From a virus (lineage: Duplodnaviria; Caudoviricetes): DNA of 43,553 nucleotides. The notes beneath the pieces were generated by a model. The model searched no databases. It was given only the letters and a program-made list of their open reading frames with translations, and had not been told where the DNA came from. Each line of letters begins with the position of its first letter. Within the stretch, counting starts at the first letter, position 1. This document shows, one piece after another, positions 1-10,127 of the stretch. The position numbers were made by a program, and so were the translations under genes. The stretch covers positions 1-43,553 of IMG/VR virus record IMGVR_UViG_3300032244_000317; one strand, written 5' to 3'.

Positions 1-3000
1 GATGGTGTCAACCTGCGCCAGCATGCCCTCGCCGTCCGCGTAGATCGTGTAGATGTCGTTCTTCTTTGGGGTGAAGGTCGGGTTCGGCGTGTAGGACAAG
101 AGCACGCCCGAGGAAATCGTGCCGGCCGCAGTTGTGATCGTCACTTCGTCAGGATTGAATCCCGCCGGCGCGTCCTGCGAACGGATCCGCAGCTTGTAGG
201 TCGTCGCGGGCGCGAGCACGACTGTTCGGTCGAGCGTGATCCCGTAGCCCGGCGACAAGGAGTCATCGAGCACACGGCCAGAGATTCCACGGTCGATGAC
301 ATCGTGCGAGATCTGGATGACATCCATCGGCTCGAGGCCCAGCAGATCCACGCTGCCGATGAACCGACCCTTGCGACGGATCAAGTGCTCGCTGTTCAGC
401 AGCACCTGAGCTTGGCGTGCGATCTGAGCACGACGCACAACGCCCTCTTGGAAGAACTGCCGGCGACGAATCAGGCCGGTGTCCGTCGTGCTCTGGATCG
501 ACGGGTGATCGGCCGAGAGCATGGACCGCTCGTAGTTGAGGTCACGGTCGAGGAAGCCGATCTCGATCTGGTTGAAGCGCGAGTTCGGCGAGATGTACTC
601 AATCTCAAAGGTGCCCTCTTCCACCTGCGACGGGCCGACCATATCGACCACAGGGCGAGGCTTGTGAACCTTCACTCTCACGCTCTTGCCGACGCGGATC
701 GGCACGGCGCGTGCGCTCTGGCACACGAGCGTGATGGCATCCCACGCCGAGTTCGGCTCGTCGAGTGCGCCGTCGAACTGGAAGCGCGGATGGCGTGCTT
801 GGATTGTGCCGGCCATCGTCACGCCCTGAGCTAGCAGAGTCTGCGTCAGCGGCCACGGCGCGTCGCCCGTGTACTCGACCGCGATGATGTGCGGCGCGAT
901 GGTCGGCTTGACGATCTTGATGATCTTGTAGCCGCCGGTCGTACTAGTGTTGTTGATGTCCGCGTAGCCGCCGACAACTGGCAGGCCGTACACGCCGATA
1001 TAGTCGCCGACCTTGACCGTGTCAGGAATCGAGTCCTTCGGCACATAGAAGTACAGCGCGTTCGTCTGGTAGGTCACATCGAAGTCGTAGACGATGTTGC
1101 CCCAAGTCTGCGCCGAGCCCGTGAGGTAGGTCGCGTTGTAGGGAGTCGTGTAGCCGCTCTGGTTGTAGATGACTTCGTCGCAGTAAGCGGCCCAGTCCGC
1201 GAACGACTGGATGTCGATGTCGGTGTTGTCGAAGGTGTTGCCAAGTCCCCAGTCCTTGTTGAGCAGCATGTCGCAGACAATCCACGCTGGGTTCTGCGAG
1301 TAGAGGCGGTCGAAGGTCGGGAAGCTGGTCGATGTGCCATCCCACACCGGCACCTGACGACCCTTCACCACGGAGGTGACATTCGGGATGTTGCCGTTGA
1401 TCTCGCTGGTAGCGCGAGCCTTTACGGCCAGCAGAGGTGCGCTCGGGTACTGGAACGGCTCGAAGTCTAAGAGCCGCAGCGACTGCCACCGTTGCTGATC
1501 CGCGAAGCGCGTGCTCGTCGAGTCCTTGAACTGACGCAAGACCTCGATCTTGTAGCGGCTACGCTTGACGGCAGATGTGCCCACACCTGCTTCGATAAAG
1601 GCCACACTGAATCCCGTCGTAACGCTGACACCTTGGTCGGCGTTGTTGGTCAGCGTGTTGCCGTTGCCAGACGAGTCGGTCGTGCTCTGCTGGTAGAAGG
1701 CAACTGGATGTAGGTCAGCGTTGATCTTCCGGCGTCCGTTGCCGTTGTTGTACTGATAGATGATCTCGCTCTCCGGCATCGCGCTCTTGTAGATCGCAAC
1801 ATTGCACAGACGGCCATTCGTGCCCGGCCCATTGATGCGGAAAGCACCCGTCGAGAAGCTAGGCAAAACGCACTGCGCCGTGGTCAGTTGGTCGACGATC
1901 TTGAGGCTGTCAGCGTAGAGACGCACGCGGCTAAGTGTGCCTTGCGCATTCTTCTCGTAGATTGCAACGAGGTGGTGCCATGTGTAGATATTGTTGCCGG
2001 AGTTATTCGCTGGCCCCAAGACGGTGCCTGCCGGCGGCAAAGGATTGTTCGGCACATTGACCAAGTCGCCAAGTGATCCGATCGTTGCAGAGTTATCGGT
2101 AGGGTCTCCCTTCACAATAAAGGACGCGTCGGCACCTTGCTCTGTGAATGTTGAAGTTGTAGTTCCGTTTCCAAAGCTGACAAACGGCACCGACCTAGCC
2201 ACGGTCTGGCCCGGCTGTGGTGTGTAGGTCTTGCTCGTGCAGCCCACCGTAAATCCATCGTTGCCAGTCTTGAACTGTACCCAGTTTCCACTAAAGACCG
2301 AGCTCAGAATATACGAGCCCGTGTTGAACTGAGTATTCTCTTGCACTCCAATCGAGCGAGCATAGAAGAACATCTCAACCGTGAACGACTCACAGCTTCC
2401 AGATGTCGTCCACTCTGGGCCAGTTGTCGGAACAACTAGTCCAGTTCGTGTCAGGTATGGGTCTCCTTCTTTGAGATCAACTGGCGAAGTCGAGACAACC
2501 TTGACCGCACCGCCGGCATTGAAGTCCAAGTAGTTGCACAAGACAGGACGCGTGAAGGTCTGCGGGTCGTACAACGGGAAGCGGATGTCGTACGCGATGC
2601 CCGGAGCGTACTTCTTGTAGTAGCGGAACGGGCGCAGACGCACATAGCCGTCGAGGTCAGGGCCACCAGTTGTGATCGGTGAGCCCGTGCCGTCGAGCTC
2701 GATGTAGCGCACGGCCACGCCAGTCCAGATCGGGTTTTGGTTGCCGTCGTCGTTCGTGTAGCTCGCGCCCTCCGGTAGCAAGACCTTGACCACCGCGCCC
2801 TCGGCCAAGTTTGACGCGCCGGCGGCGTAGGTGATTCCGAACTGAGTCCATGTCGAGTTCGAGCTTGTGTCGTCCTCGAGCTTCGTCGGGTCGTTGTAGT
2901 TGATGACGGCCTGACTTGAGGCGGCGGTCGTGGTAGGGCCAGCAAGAATGCTGTCCACCGCAACGGACGAGGACGCGAACTCAAAGCCCTCTACAGGGGC

Positions 3001-3660
3001 TTGGTTGATCGTGCCCATCCGCACCTGCGCCTGCACATCGTCAAGGAACGCCGCGTCCGAGTCGTTCAAGAACAGCACGCCGGGCGGGATAATGCTCGAG
3101 CCCACCGTAGACAACGGTGCCACGGTCGAGTCGGTCTGCCCGCAGATCTGCTCGAGCGGCCCTTCGCCAAGGCTCACCAACACTTGGTAGTCCGCGCCGA
3201 GCGCACCGTAGTCGTCGACGAACTCGTTGATGATCTGACCGCCGACGCGCATCTCGCCGTAGTACAGCGGGATCGGCTCGCCCTCGACGCGTGACGGTAC
3301 GATGCCTTGGTAGCCGTACACTGCCGACTCGTTCTCTTCGCGCTTCTTCGGCGGCTTCGGCATCATCGCACGCATGACGACGAACGCGATGACATTGATA
3401 ACCAGCGCGATCTTCAGCATGGCGATGGTCGCGGCCTCGAGGCCACGCGGTGCCATCACAAAAGCGATGCGCTCGCCGCTCGTCACCTCAGCATCCCAAT
3501 CCAGCTTCTGCGTTCCGCGCACGGCCAGCACATGCGGCTTCTTCTCCAGCCACTCGTCCGGCAGCAAGTCGCAGACGAAAGCACGCGGGCGGTCGACGGT
3601 GAATCGCGGAGCGTGACGCGCACCCGAGAACACATTCGTGATCAGTACGACTTCGATCAT
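1..3660 (-). CDS. Tail tip / host-specificity protein (lambda gpI-like N-terminus fused to gpJ-like central fibre), 3' end outside window
   Basis: Absent from the ORF track because it runs off the edge. ATG at 3660 (MIEVVLITNVFSG...). The segments I translated by hand (both ends and the middle) are open in one frame. Motifs: GEPIPLYYGEMRVGGQII, LVSLGEGP, NPAWI, EPMDVIQISHD. Lies after the L and K genes. Confidence 0.88.
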   Translation of the reverse strand, partial: MIEVVLITNVFSGARHAPRFTVDRPRAFVCDLLPDEWLEKKPHVLAVRGTQKLDWDAEVTSGERIAFVMAPRGLEAATIAMLKIALVINVIAFVVMRAMMPKPPKKREENESAVYGYQGIVPSRVEGEPIPLYYGEMRVGGQIINEFVDDYGALGADYQVLVSLGEGPLEQICGQTDSTVAPLSTVGSSIIPPGVLFLNDSDAAFLDDVQAQVRMGTINQAPVEGFEFASSSVAVDSILAGPTTTAASSQAVINYNDPTKLEDDTSSNSTWTQFGITYAAGASNLAEGAVVKVLLPEGASYTNDDGNQNPIWTGVAVRYIELDGTGSPITTGGPDLDGYVRLRPFRYYKKYAPGIAYDIRFPLYDPQTFTRPVLCNYLDFNAGGAVKVVSTSPVDLKEGDPYLTRTGLVVPTTGPEWTTSGSCESFTVEMFFYARSIGVQENTQFNTGSYILSSVFSGNWVQFKTGNDGFTVGCTSKTYTPQPGQTVARSVPFVSFGNGTTTSTFTEQGADASFIVKGDPTDNSATIGSLGDLVNVPNNPLPPAGTVLGPANNSGNNIYTWHHLVAIYEKNAQGTLSRVRLYADSLKIVDQLTTAQCVLPSFSTGAFRINGPGTNGRLCNVAIYKSAMPESEIIYQYNNGNGRRKINADLHPVAFYQQSTTDSSGNGNTLTNNADQGVSVTTGFSVAFIEAGVGTSAVKRSRYKIEVLRQFKDSTSTRFADQQRWQSLRLLDFEPFQYPSAPLLAVKARATSEINGNIPNVTSVVKGRQVPVWDGTSTSFPTFDRLYSQNPAWIVCDMLLNKDWGLGNTFDNTDIDIQSFADWAAYCDEVIYNQSGYTTPYNATYLTGSAQTWGNIVYDFDVTYQTNALYFYVPKDSIPDTVKVGDYIGVYGLPVVGGYADINNTSTTGGYKIIKIVKPTIAPHIIAVEYTGDAPWPLTQTLLAQGVTMAGTIQARHPRFQFDGALDEPNSAWDAITLVCQSARAVPIRVGKSVRVKVHKPRPVVDMVGPSQVEEGTFEIEYISPNSRFNQIEIGFLDRDLNYERSMLSADHPSIQSTTDTGLIRRRQFFQEGVVRRAQIARQAQVLLNSEHLIRRKGRFIGSVDLLGLEPMDVIQISHDVIDRGISGRVLDDSLSPGYGITLDRTVVLAPATTYKLRIRSQDAPAGFNPDEVTITTAAGTISSGVLLSYTPNPTFTPKKNDIYTIYADGEGMLAQVDTI

Positions 3661-3663
3661 CTT

Positions 3664-4140
3664 TCAGTCCCTCAAGCGGTAGACGGCCACGATGTTCTGT
3701 GCAGCGTGCGCCGGCACGGCCACAACTCCACGGCCACGATGCGCAGTCAAAAGCGTCACGGGCTGCGTATTCCACACAACCACAGACACATGCGGGGTGT
3801 CGTGTGCTTTGCCGATCATCTGCAAGACCACATCTCCCACGCGGCACTTCGTCACGCAAAGCTCACCGACCGAGAGCGTGATCCAGTCGTCGCGCACGGA
3901 GTACAGGTGCGCTCGTAGTGCGCTGGCCTCGGGGTCGGGAGCCAAGCTATCCGGCAGTCGATCGAAGCGGTGCAGCACCTCGTCGCCGTGGATGCGACGC
4001 AAGACTTCCCACACCACGCCGAGACAGTCGATCCCCGTCTTGGGATCGCGGCCGGCTTCCTTGTACGGCGCACGCAACAAGTCGGCGTACAGCGCACGCT
4101 TGGCCATGCGCGAGTCGATCGGTCGATTGGTCGTTGTCAT
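3664..4140 (-). CDS. NlpC/P60 tail assembly protein (gpK-like)
   Basis: PYKEAGRDPKTGIDCLG (catalytic Cys), HVSVV and TAH motifs; sits between L-like and I/J-like genes. Confidence 0.88.
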   Translation of the reverse strand: MTTTNRPIDSRMAKRALYADLLRAPYKEAGRDPKTGIDCLGVVWEVLRRIHGDEVLHRFDRLPDSLAPDPEASALRAHLYSVRDDWITLSVGELCVTKCRVGDVVLQMIGKAHDTPHVSVVVWNTQPVTLLTAHRGRGVVAVPAHAAQNIVAVYRLRD

Positions 4141-4163
4141 GCCCGCATTCTAGCGGGCCACGA

Positions 4164-4850
4164 TCACCGGCGACCTTGGCGCGGGATGCCCGGCCAGCCG
4201 CCGAACCGTGCAGGATGCTGACGGTCAAGGCTGGCAGCGACCTCGGCATCGCCGCGAAGCTCGCACGCCGTCAGGCTCTTAGGACACGACGGGTGCGCGG
4301 CAGCGAGTGCCGAGTTGTTCAGGTCGTAGCCGCACCGCTCGTCGCCGTAGCGGAAGCGGCAGTGCCCTCGGATGTAACGCTGACCGGGCAAGGTGGCCGA
4401 GGTCAGCGACCTCGAGCCGATAGTCCAAGTGACACGGTCGAGGCTTGCGCGACACGACTGGATCTCGCCGAAGAACTTGAGAGCCGATGCTGGGTTGTCG
4501 AGCTCGAGCGTGTGCACCAGCTTGATCTCGATCGGCTGGCCGACCAGCCCGTCGTAGTCCTCGAGGATCGACCTGATGAACAGCGACTCGTTGGACACCT
4601 GCAACTGCAACGAGGGAAGGTCGCCCTCGGCACTCTGCTCGACATCGGTCTGCACGCACGGGAACGGCGTGTACTCGAGCGGCACGCCCTGAGTGCTCGC
4701 GCCGAAGTAGATCGTGCGGTCGTAGTTCGTCAGGCGGTAGCGGGTCGGCGGTGTCGTGGGCACCTCGACTTCGTACAGCCAGATCCACGGGTACTGGTCG
4801 GCCAGTTGGCGCGAGCGTGCTGTGGCGACATCTGTGAGCGGTGCAGTCAT
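4164..4850 (-). CDS. Minor tail protein L-like (tail tip, Cys-rich C-terminus)
   Basis: CRFRYGDERCGY...CPKSLTAC...RFGGWPGIP four-Cys C-terminus typical of gpL; ATG at 4850 overlaps the upstream stop (ATGA). Confidence 0.85.
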   Translation of the reverse strand: MTAPLTDVATARSRQLADQYPWIWLYEVEVPTTPPTRYRLTNYDRTIYFGASTQGVPLEYTPFPCVQTDVEQSAEGDLPSLQLQVSNESLFIRSILEDYDGLVGQPIEIKLVHTLELDNPASALKFFGEIQSCRASLDRVTWTIGSRSLTSATLPGQRYIRGHCRFRYGDERCGYDLNNSALAAAHPSCPKSLTACELRGDAEVAASLDRQHPARFGGWPGIPRQGRR

Positions 4851-6964
4851 TCGGCGAGTACCTCTTCGAGCGTGGCACTCCAACGATACACACTCGGCGT
4901 GATCTGCTCGATGTTCAGCGTGTCATTGACGAACCGCGCCGTCACGCTCGTGCCCTTCGGGTTCGTCCATGTAAACGGAATCTCTACACCGTTGTGCGAA
5001 GTGTAGAAGCTCTTGAGCGTCGTCACCTCGCTGGCCGTCGCGGCGTTGCAGCCGATCGTGTAACGCGTGCGCGTGCGCGACTGGATCAGGCCCATATAGC
5101 GGTGATCGCTGTCGAACTTGTGGTCGTTGACGAGGTACTCTGATTCCTCGGTCGCGCCCCAGTCGTATGGCACCGAGAGTGTGCCGGTCGCGCCGTCATT
5201 CTCGGATGCGACCGCGATGGTCGCCTGATCTTCGACAGGCGTGTCGTACGACGCGTCACCTGCGCCAGCGGCCCACGAGTCAAAGAACACATTCGCCGTC
5301 GCCACATCGGCCGACGAGAACTGTAAGCCCTGACCGAGGCCAGAGCTTATACGATTCTGGCCTCGGTCGATCATCGTGCCGTCAACTTGGAACTCTACAT
5401 CGGCAGACGAAGTCGTGGCGACCATCACCTGCTGCGTGCCGTTGATGTACGCCTTGAGCCGGACATAGCCCGTTTGTGGACTCGGTACGACTTGGGTGTC
5501 ACACAGAAAACGAAGCGTGAACGCCGTGCCTAGCGTCAGGCTCACGCCAGTCTTGACCGCCAACTGCGTAACGCCGGGAATGTCACCGCGCACGCGGAAG
5601 AGCTTGAGGTCGAAAGTGCCCGAGGCGTTGTACGCGACCTGCAACAGGTAGCACTTGGGAATCGAATACAGCGCGTTGGTGTAGGTGCTAGAGCCCGGCC
5701 GGCCGAAGCACATGATGCCAGCCGTCCGCGCCACGGCCGGCCCAGCGTTCTCGAATGTGATCGACACCTGACGGTCGTGGAACTGGGGATCGGTGGCACG
5801 ACGCTGCGAGAACGCGTACACCTGCTGGCCGTTGCCGGCGGGCACGCCCTTGATTCGATTGTTGGCCGAGTCGAGACGCAGGGCATTCTCGTAGCCTTGC
5901 GAGCCGCTCGACGCGTACGACGCGTAGTCGCCGACCCAGCCGGTCATCAGCGAGTGATAGCTAAGGGAGTGAGGCACGACGACATACGGCAAGAGACTGG
6001 CCTGCGTGTACTCCTCTCCCGCTCTCGGCATCAGGCGTTCCCAGTTTTCGCGCAGAGCGATGTTGCCACCGTTGGGTCTAACCTCCCACCAGTTGCACAG
6101 CTTGGAGAGCGAGCCGCTACTTAGTGCGAGGTGAGACGATGTAATCCCTGACAGCAGAATGCCTACGCGGCCGCTGGCGGTGATCGGAGACGACGAGTCG
6201 GTGTATGTCAGCACCTGAGTCGCGGTGCCGTCAGCGGCCAGCGTATAGCCCGTGAGGACGACATTCGCGCCCGAGGTCACGCAGGTGAACTTGAGCACGC
6301 GGTCGGGGTTCGTCCCGTTCGGGAATAGGTTGCCCGTGCTCGAGGAGTCAGGCGTGACAAAGTTCGCGCTCGCCACGGCCGTCGGTGTGCCGGCCACGAC
6401 CTTGACGAGCAGGTAGCGGATCTTGAGTGCGCCGGCCACGCCGTTGCCGCCGAATAGACCGAAGTAGTAACCGTTGACCGCCGTCATCCGGCTGTTGGCC
6501 GTGCCGCCGCCGGTGATCGTTCCATTTAGTCGAGCACCCAGAGCGAAGGCGAAACGGCCTGTGCCCGATGTGATAACTGACGCAGACTCACGCTCTGAGA
6601 ATCGGAAGCTGCCGCGCACATCGACATCGGTCGCCGAGTAGTCACGGTACTGGAAGCCACACAGAGAGCCTGTCAGGTCTGTGATTGCAGCCGCCGGCCC
6701 GCCGCTCTCGTAGTTTGCAGTCGAGCCCGTGCCGGATGTCTTGAAGTAGCCGTTGTGCAGGTCGGCGTTGGTCGACGCGTACACATTGGTCGTCGTCCAG
6801 AAGGTGACTGCGTCGACCGACAGCGTCGCGCCGATCGGCTCGAAGCGCGAGTAGTTGCCCTGCAAGTAGGTCGAGTCCAGCGTTGTCGATCCAGCGTCGA
6901 ACGAGTCGGCCGTCGGGTACACGCCGTACTCGATCGGACGCGGGACAATGTTCGGCAGTGCCAT
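4847..6964 (-). CDS. Distal tail protein (gpM/Dit-like C-terminal domain) with large N-terminal beta-rich, probably carbohydrate-binding domains
   Basis: 705 aa directly after tape measure; last ~110 aa (FYTSHNGVEIPFTWTNPKGTSVTARF...WSATLEEV) resemble gpM; N-terminus is S/T/G-rich with lectin-like TYTDSSSPITASGRVGI. Confidence 0.72.
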   Translation of the reverse strand: MALPNIVPRPIEYGVYPTADSFDAGSTTLDSTYLQGNYSRFEPIGATLSVDAVTFWTTTNVYASTNADLHNGYFKTSGTGSTANYESGGPAAAITDLTGSLCGFQYRDYSATDVDVRGSFRFSERESASVITSGTGRFAFALGARLNGTITGGGTANSRMTAVNGYYFGLFGGNGVAGALKIRYLLVKVVAGTPTAVASANFVTPDSSSTGNLFPNGTNPDRVLKFTCVTSGANVVLTGYTLAADGTATQVLTYTDSSSPITASGRVGILLSGITSSHLALSSGSLSKLCNWWEVRPNGGNIALRENWERLMPRAGEEYTQASLLPYVVVPHSLSYHSLMTGWVGDYASYASSGSQGYENALRLDSANNRIKGVPAGNGQQVYAFSQRRATDPQFHDRQVSITFENAGPAVARTAGIMCFGRPGSSTYTNALYSIPKCYLLQVAYNASGTFDLKLFRVRGDIPGVTQLAVKTGVSLTLGTAFTLRFLCDTQVVPSPQTGYVRLKAYINGTQQVMVATTSSADVEFQVDGTMIDRGQNRISSGLGQGLQFSSADVATANVFFDSWAAGAGDASYDTPVEDQATIAVASENDGATGTLSVPYDWGATEESEYLVNDHKFDSDHRYMGLIQSRTRTRYTIGCNAATASEVTTLKSFYTSHNGVEIPFTWTNPKGTSVTARFVNDTLNIEQITPSVYRWSATLEEVLAE

Positions 6965-6967
6965 AGA

Positions 6968-9715
6968 TCACGCCCTCGTTGCGCGTGAGCGCACGACATC
7001 GGTGAGCGAACGATTGCTGCCCGTGGCGATCTCCGACGCGATGATGTCGCCGATGACGCGTGCCTCGCGCAGCAAGACTTCCTTGGTGCTGTTTCCGTCG
7101 AGTGCTTGGATCGACGGGTTGTAGTTGATCGTGATGTTGCCGCCGCTCGGCATCGACTTGAACTCTACAGGGATGCCACGGTTCGGGCCGGGCAACGGCA
7201 CGAAGGCTTCGGCACCTTTGCCCTCGCCGAAGATAGCCACCTGCGGTGAGCGAGCTACGCCACCCTCTGCATAGGAGTGCATCGGAAGACCGCCGGCCAT
7301 CATCGCGCCTGCCATGATGCCGCCCTTGGCGAATGTCTTCGGAGTTCCCATGCTGCCCGAAACAACGCCACCAGATGCGGCCGCGATCGGTGCGCCACCC
7401 GGAACGATTGAGGCAAGAATCGAGGCGACGATCTTTGACGCGATAGCTTGGTTGATCGCTTGAACTAGGCCAGCGATCAAGCCACGGATGAAGTCCTTGA
7501 ACGCTTGGCTCGCAGACTTAGAGCCCATCACCAAGTCATTGAAGAGACCAGACAGCGTGTTGGTGAATGAGCTGCTCACACTCTGCGCCAACTCCACGCC
7601 CGTCTGGTAGGTGTTCAGCGCGTCCTTGACTTTGGTGTTGATGGTCTCTGCAAAGCCTGCCCCGAGTGCTTCACCGCTCTTGATAGAGACCTCGGTCAAC
7701 TGCGTGATGCCAGCCTTGAGCAGGTCGATACGAGCGAGTACCGCACCTAGCTCCTCTTCGGACAGGGTCTCATTGGCAATACGCCCTTGCAGCGTACTGA
7801 TCTCCGCACCAAGATCACGCGCCTGCGATTCGATTGATGTGACGAAGCTCGACTCACCGCCGCCCATCGCACTGCGCACCAGATCCTGCGTCAGCCGCTG
7901 GATCTCCTGAGCCTGACGGATGCGACGGTCGAACTCTTCCTTGTCGGCCTGCGCACGCTGGATCGCCAGATCCTCGATGCTTCGCGCTTCGGCCTCTGCG
8001 GCCTTGAGCACGGCCTCCTCCTTGTCGGCCGTGGCCTTGTCGGTGTCGGCCTTGCGCTTCGCGGCAAGCTGCTCGAGCAAGAGTTGCTCATATGCTGCTA
8101 GTTCTTCGAGCCGCTTCTTGAGACCCTCAGTATCGAAGCCCTCGATGTTCGCGGCCGAGAATGCGAGAGCCTGCTTCGTGAGCCTCTCGATCTCACGATT
8201 GATGCGCTCGAGGTCTTCGTCTACTTCCGCGCCGGATACAGCCGCGAACCACCGCTGCACATCAGGCACGCCGACGGCCGCGACCTTCGAGACCTCTGCA
8301 ACCTTCTCGGCCGTGTCGGCCAAGAACGGCCCGAACTCGGTGAGAGGCGCGGCTATCTCCTTGAACTTCAGCGAGACATTGCCGGCTTCCTTCTGGGTGG
8401 CGATCAGTGACTTAGTCGCCTCAGTGCCAGCACGCGCCTGCTCTTTCGCATAGGTTGCGTACGCCCGACCGAAGTCTACTAGCTCCCCGTTCGCACGCTT
8501 GAAGGCGAACCGTGCATTGTCTATTAGATCGAGCGCCTCAGTGAAAACACGACTAAAAGATCTCTGGCCCTGTCCGACAAGCGCCAGTGACTTGCCGTAA
8601 TCATCTTCTGCGTACTTCAGCTCATTGAGTGCGATCGAGTATTGGTCGCTGTTCTTGACACCGATAGCGAACGCCGCGTTTAGGACATCTTGACTGCCGA
8701 AGATCTTCTTGAGTTCTTCGTTGGCGTTACCGCCCTCTTGCTCGATAGCCGTGAACAGTGTTTTCAGCGTAGTCGATAGTCCAGCAACCTGAACTGACTG
8801 GGCCGAGAAGGTCTGGCCGACATTCGCAAACTTCTCCTCGATCGTGCCGGCCGATACCTGCAACGACTTCAGGATACTCTCAAGGAATCGAAGCGACTCT
8901 GCCTCAGATGTGCCGGCTCCCCGCAGCACGGTGAACGAGGCCAGCAAGTCTTCGAGCGTGACACCAGTTGCCTGCGCCGTGTTGCCGATCTTCTCGAATC
9001 CACTAGCGAGGATCTTGAGGTCGGACGCTGTCTCCTTCTGCACGAAGGAGAGCTTGGCAAGGATGTCGATGCTGTTCTTTGATCCATTGGCAAACGCACC
9101 ATTGGTATCAACTAGCAGCTTGATCGAATCAGTCAGCGTGATGCCCTGAACACGCGCGAAGCCGATCGCATCTGCAACCTTGAACAGAACATTCTCTGTG
9201 CTCGCCAACTTCTCGTTTAGAAGGACTTGAGTTGCAATCGCAACTTCTTCCTCTTTGACGAAGTTCTTGGAGTTCAGAGCAAGCGTACCGATGCCATCCG
9301 AAAGTCTGTCAATCGTTTGCTGGGCTGCGCCGGTGGCAGCTTGGATCCTAGCGAGTGTCACATCGACCGACTGGAAGGTAGCCGCGAACTCCGTCAGCTT
9401 CTGCTTCAAGGTGCTGACGATCAGAGTGACCGACACCATCTGAAGAGCCGCTTCCTTGAAGCCTTTGCCTACGCTCTCGCCCGCTTCCTTGCCCTTCTTG
9501 CCGAGTGTTTCTACTTCCGTGCCGGCCTTCTTTGCCGACTCGCCGAGTTTGCCTGCGCTTTCCGTCGCCCCATCTGCCGACTTCTGGGAATCGTCGAACG
9601 CCTTCTTTCCAGCCTCTCCAAACTTACGCGCTTGATCCGCGAGCTTTTGTAGCTCGGCCGTGGCCTGATCATCGAGCGTGGCTGTGATCTTTAGTTCAGC
9701 GTCGTTTGCTGCCAT
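6968..9715 (-). CDS. Tail tape measure protein
   Basis: 915 aa, Ala-rich helical, TP901-type core, C-terminal FAKGG/YAEGG...GEGKGAEAFVPL motifs; follows the G/GT chaperones. Confidence 0.93.
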   Translation of the reverse strand: MAANDAELKITATLDDQATAELQKLADQARKFGEAGKKAFDDSQKSADGATESAGKLGESAKKAGTEVETLGKKGKEAGESVGKGFKEAALQMVSVTLIVSTLKQKLTEFAATFQSVDVTLARIQAATGAAQQTIDRLSDGIGTLALNSKNFVKEEEVAIATQVLLNEKLASTENVLFKVADAIGFARVQGITLTDSIKLLVDTNGAFANGSKNSIDILAKLSFVQKETASDLKILASGFEKIGNTAQATGVTLEDLLASFTVLRGAGTSEAESLRFLESILKSLQVSAGTIEEKFANVGQTFSAQSVQVAGLSTTLKTLFTAIEQEGGNANEELKKIFGSQDVLNAAFAIGVKNSDQYSIALNELKYAEDDYGKSLALVGQGQRSFSRVFTEALDLIDNARFAFKRANGELVDFGRAYATYAKEQARAGTEATKSLIATQKEAGNVSLKFKEIAAPLTEFGPFLADTAEKVAEVSKVAAVGVPDVQRWFAAVSGAEVDEDLERINREIERLTKQALAFSAANIEGFDTEGLKKRLEELAAYEQLLLEQLAAKRKADTDKATADKEEAVLKAAEAEARSIEDLAIQRAQADKEEFDRRIRQAQEIQRLTQDLVRSAMGGGESSFVTSIESQARDLGAEISTLQGRIANETLSEEELGAVLARIDLLKAGITQLTEVSIKSGEALGAGFAETINTKVKDALNTYQTGVELAQSVSSSFTNTLSGLFNDLVMGSKSASQAFKDFIRGLIAGLVQAINQAIASKIVASILASIVPGGAPIAAASGGVVSGSMGTPKTFAKGGIMAGAMMAGGLPMHSYAEGGVARSPQVAIFGEGKGAEAFVPLPGPNRGIPVEFKSMPSGGNITINYNPSIQALDGNSTKEVLLREARVIGDIIASEIATGSNRSLTDVVRSRATRA

Positions 9716-10127
9716 GTGATTGAGCCGCCTTCGCTCGTGCTTCTGCCGCTCGTTGCTCGGCCTCTAGAAGTTTGTTCCGTTCGCTCGCCGCGATCTCGAC
9801 TAGGTGCATCAGCTTGGCCGATTGCTCACACCAGCCGCCCTCGACGGGCAGCAGGCTGTTCTGCAACTGGTTGTACGCTCGGATCACCACTCGCCCGACA
9901 TCGCCGGCTTCGCTCGACGGGCAGCGGTCGCGGTGTACTTCACCTCTTCCGTTGCACGCCGTGCAGGACGAGTCTAGACCAAAGCACGACTCGCAGGTGC
10001 GAGCGTATACAGCCCGCTCTGCCGGCTTGTCGCAGCCCCACCGTTCACGCAACTCGGGCGTGCGACACTTCGGGCACTTCGCCACCTGATCGCCGTACGC
10101 CGCGTGGACGGCGGCTAGGACTTTCCC
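9696..10127 (-). CDS. Tail assembly chaperone T segment (expressed as G-T by -1 frameshift)
   Basis: The -1 frame from GGGAAAG (10127-10121) reads GKVLAAVHAAYGDQVAKCPKC..., in frame with ORF 9696..10085. Confidence 0.82.
   Translation of the reverse strand, partial: GKVLAAVHAAYGDQVAKCPKCRTPELRERWGCDKPAERAVYARTCESCFGLDSSCTACNGRGEVHRDRCPSSEAGDVGRVVIRAYNQLQNSLLPVEGGWCEQSAKLMHLVEIAASERNKLLEAEQRAAEARAKAAQSHGSKRR

Noticed and set aside
1-3660. Apparent absence of a long gene in the ORF track, suggesting recoding or a pseudogene
   Set aside because: Hand translation of sampled segments shows one open minus-strand frame running off the window; TAG and TGA act as normal stops elsewhere
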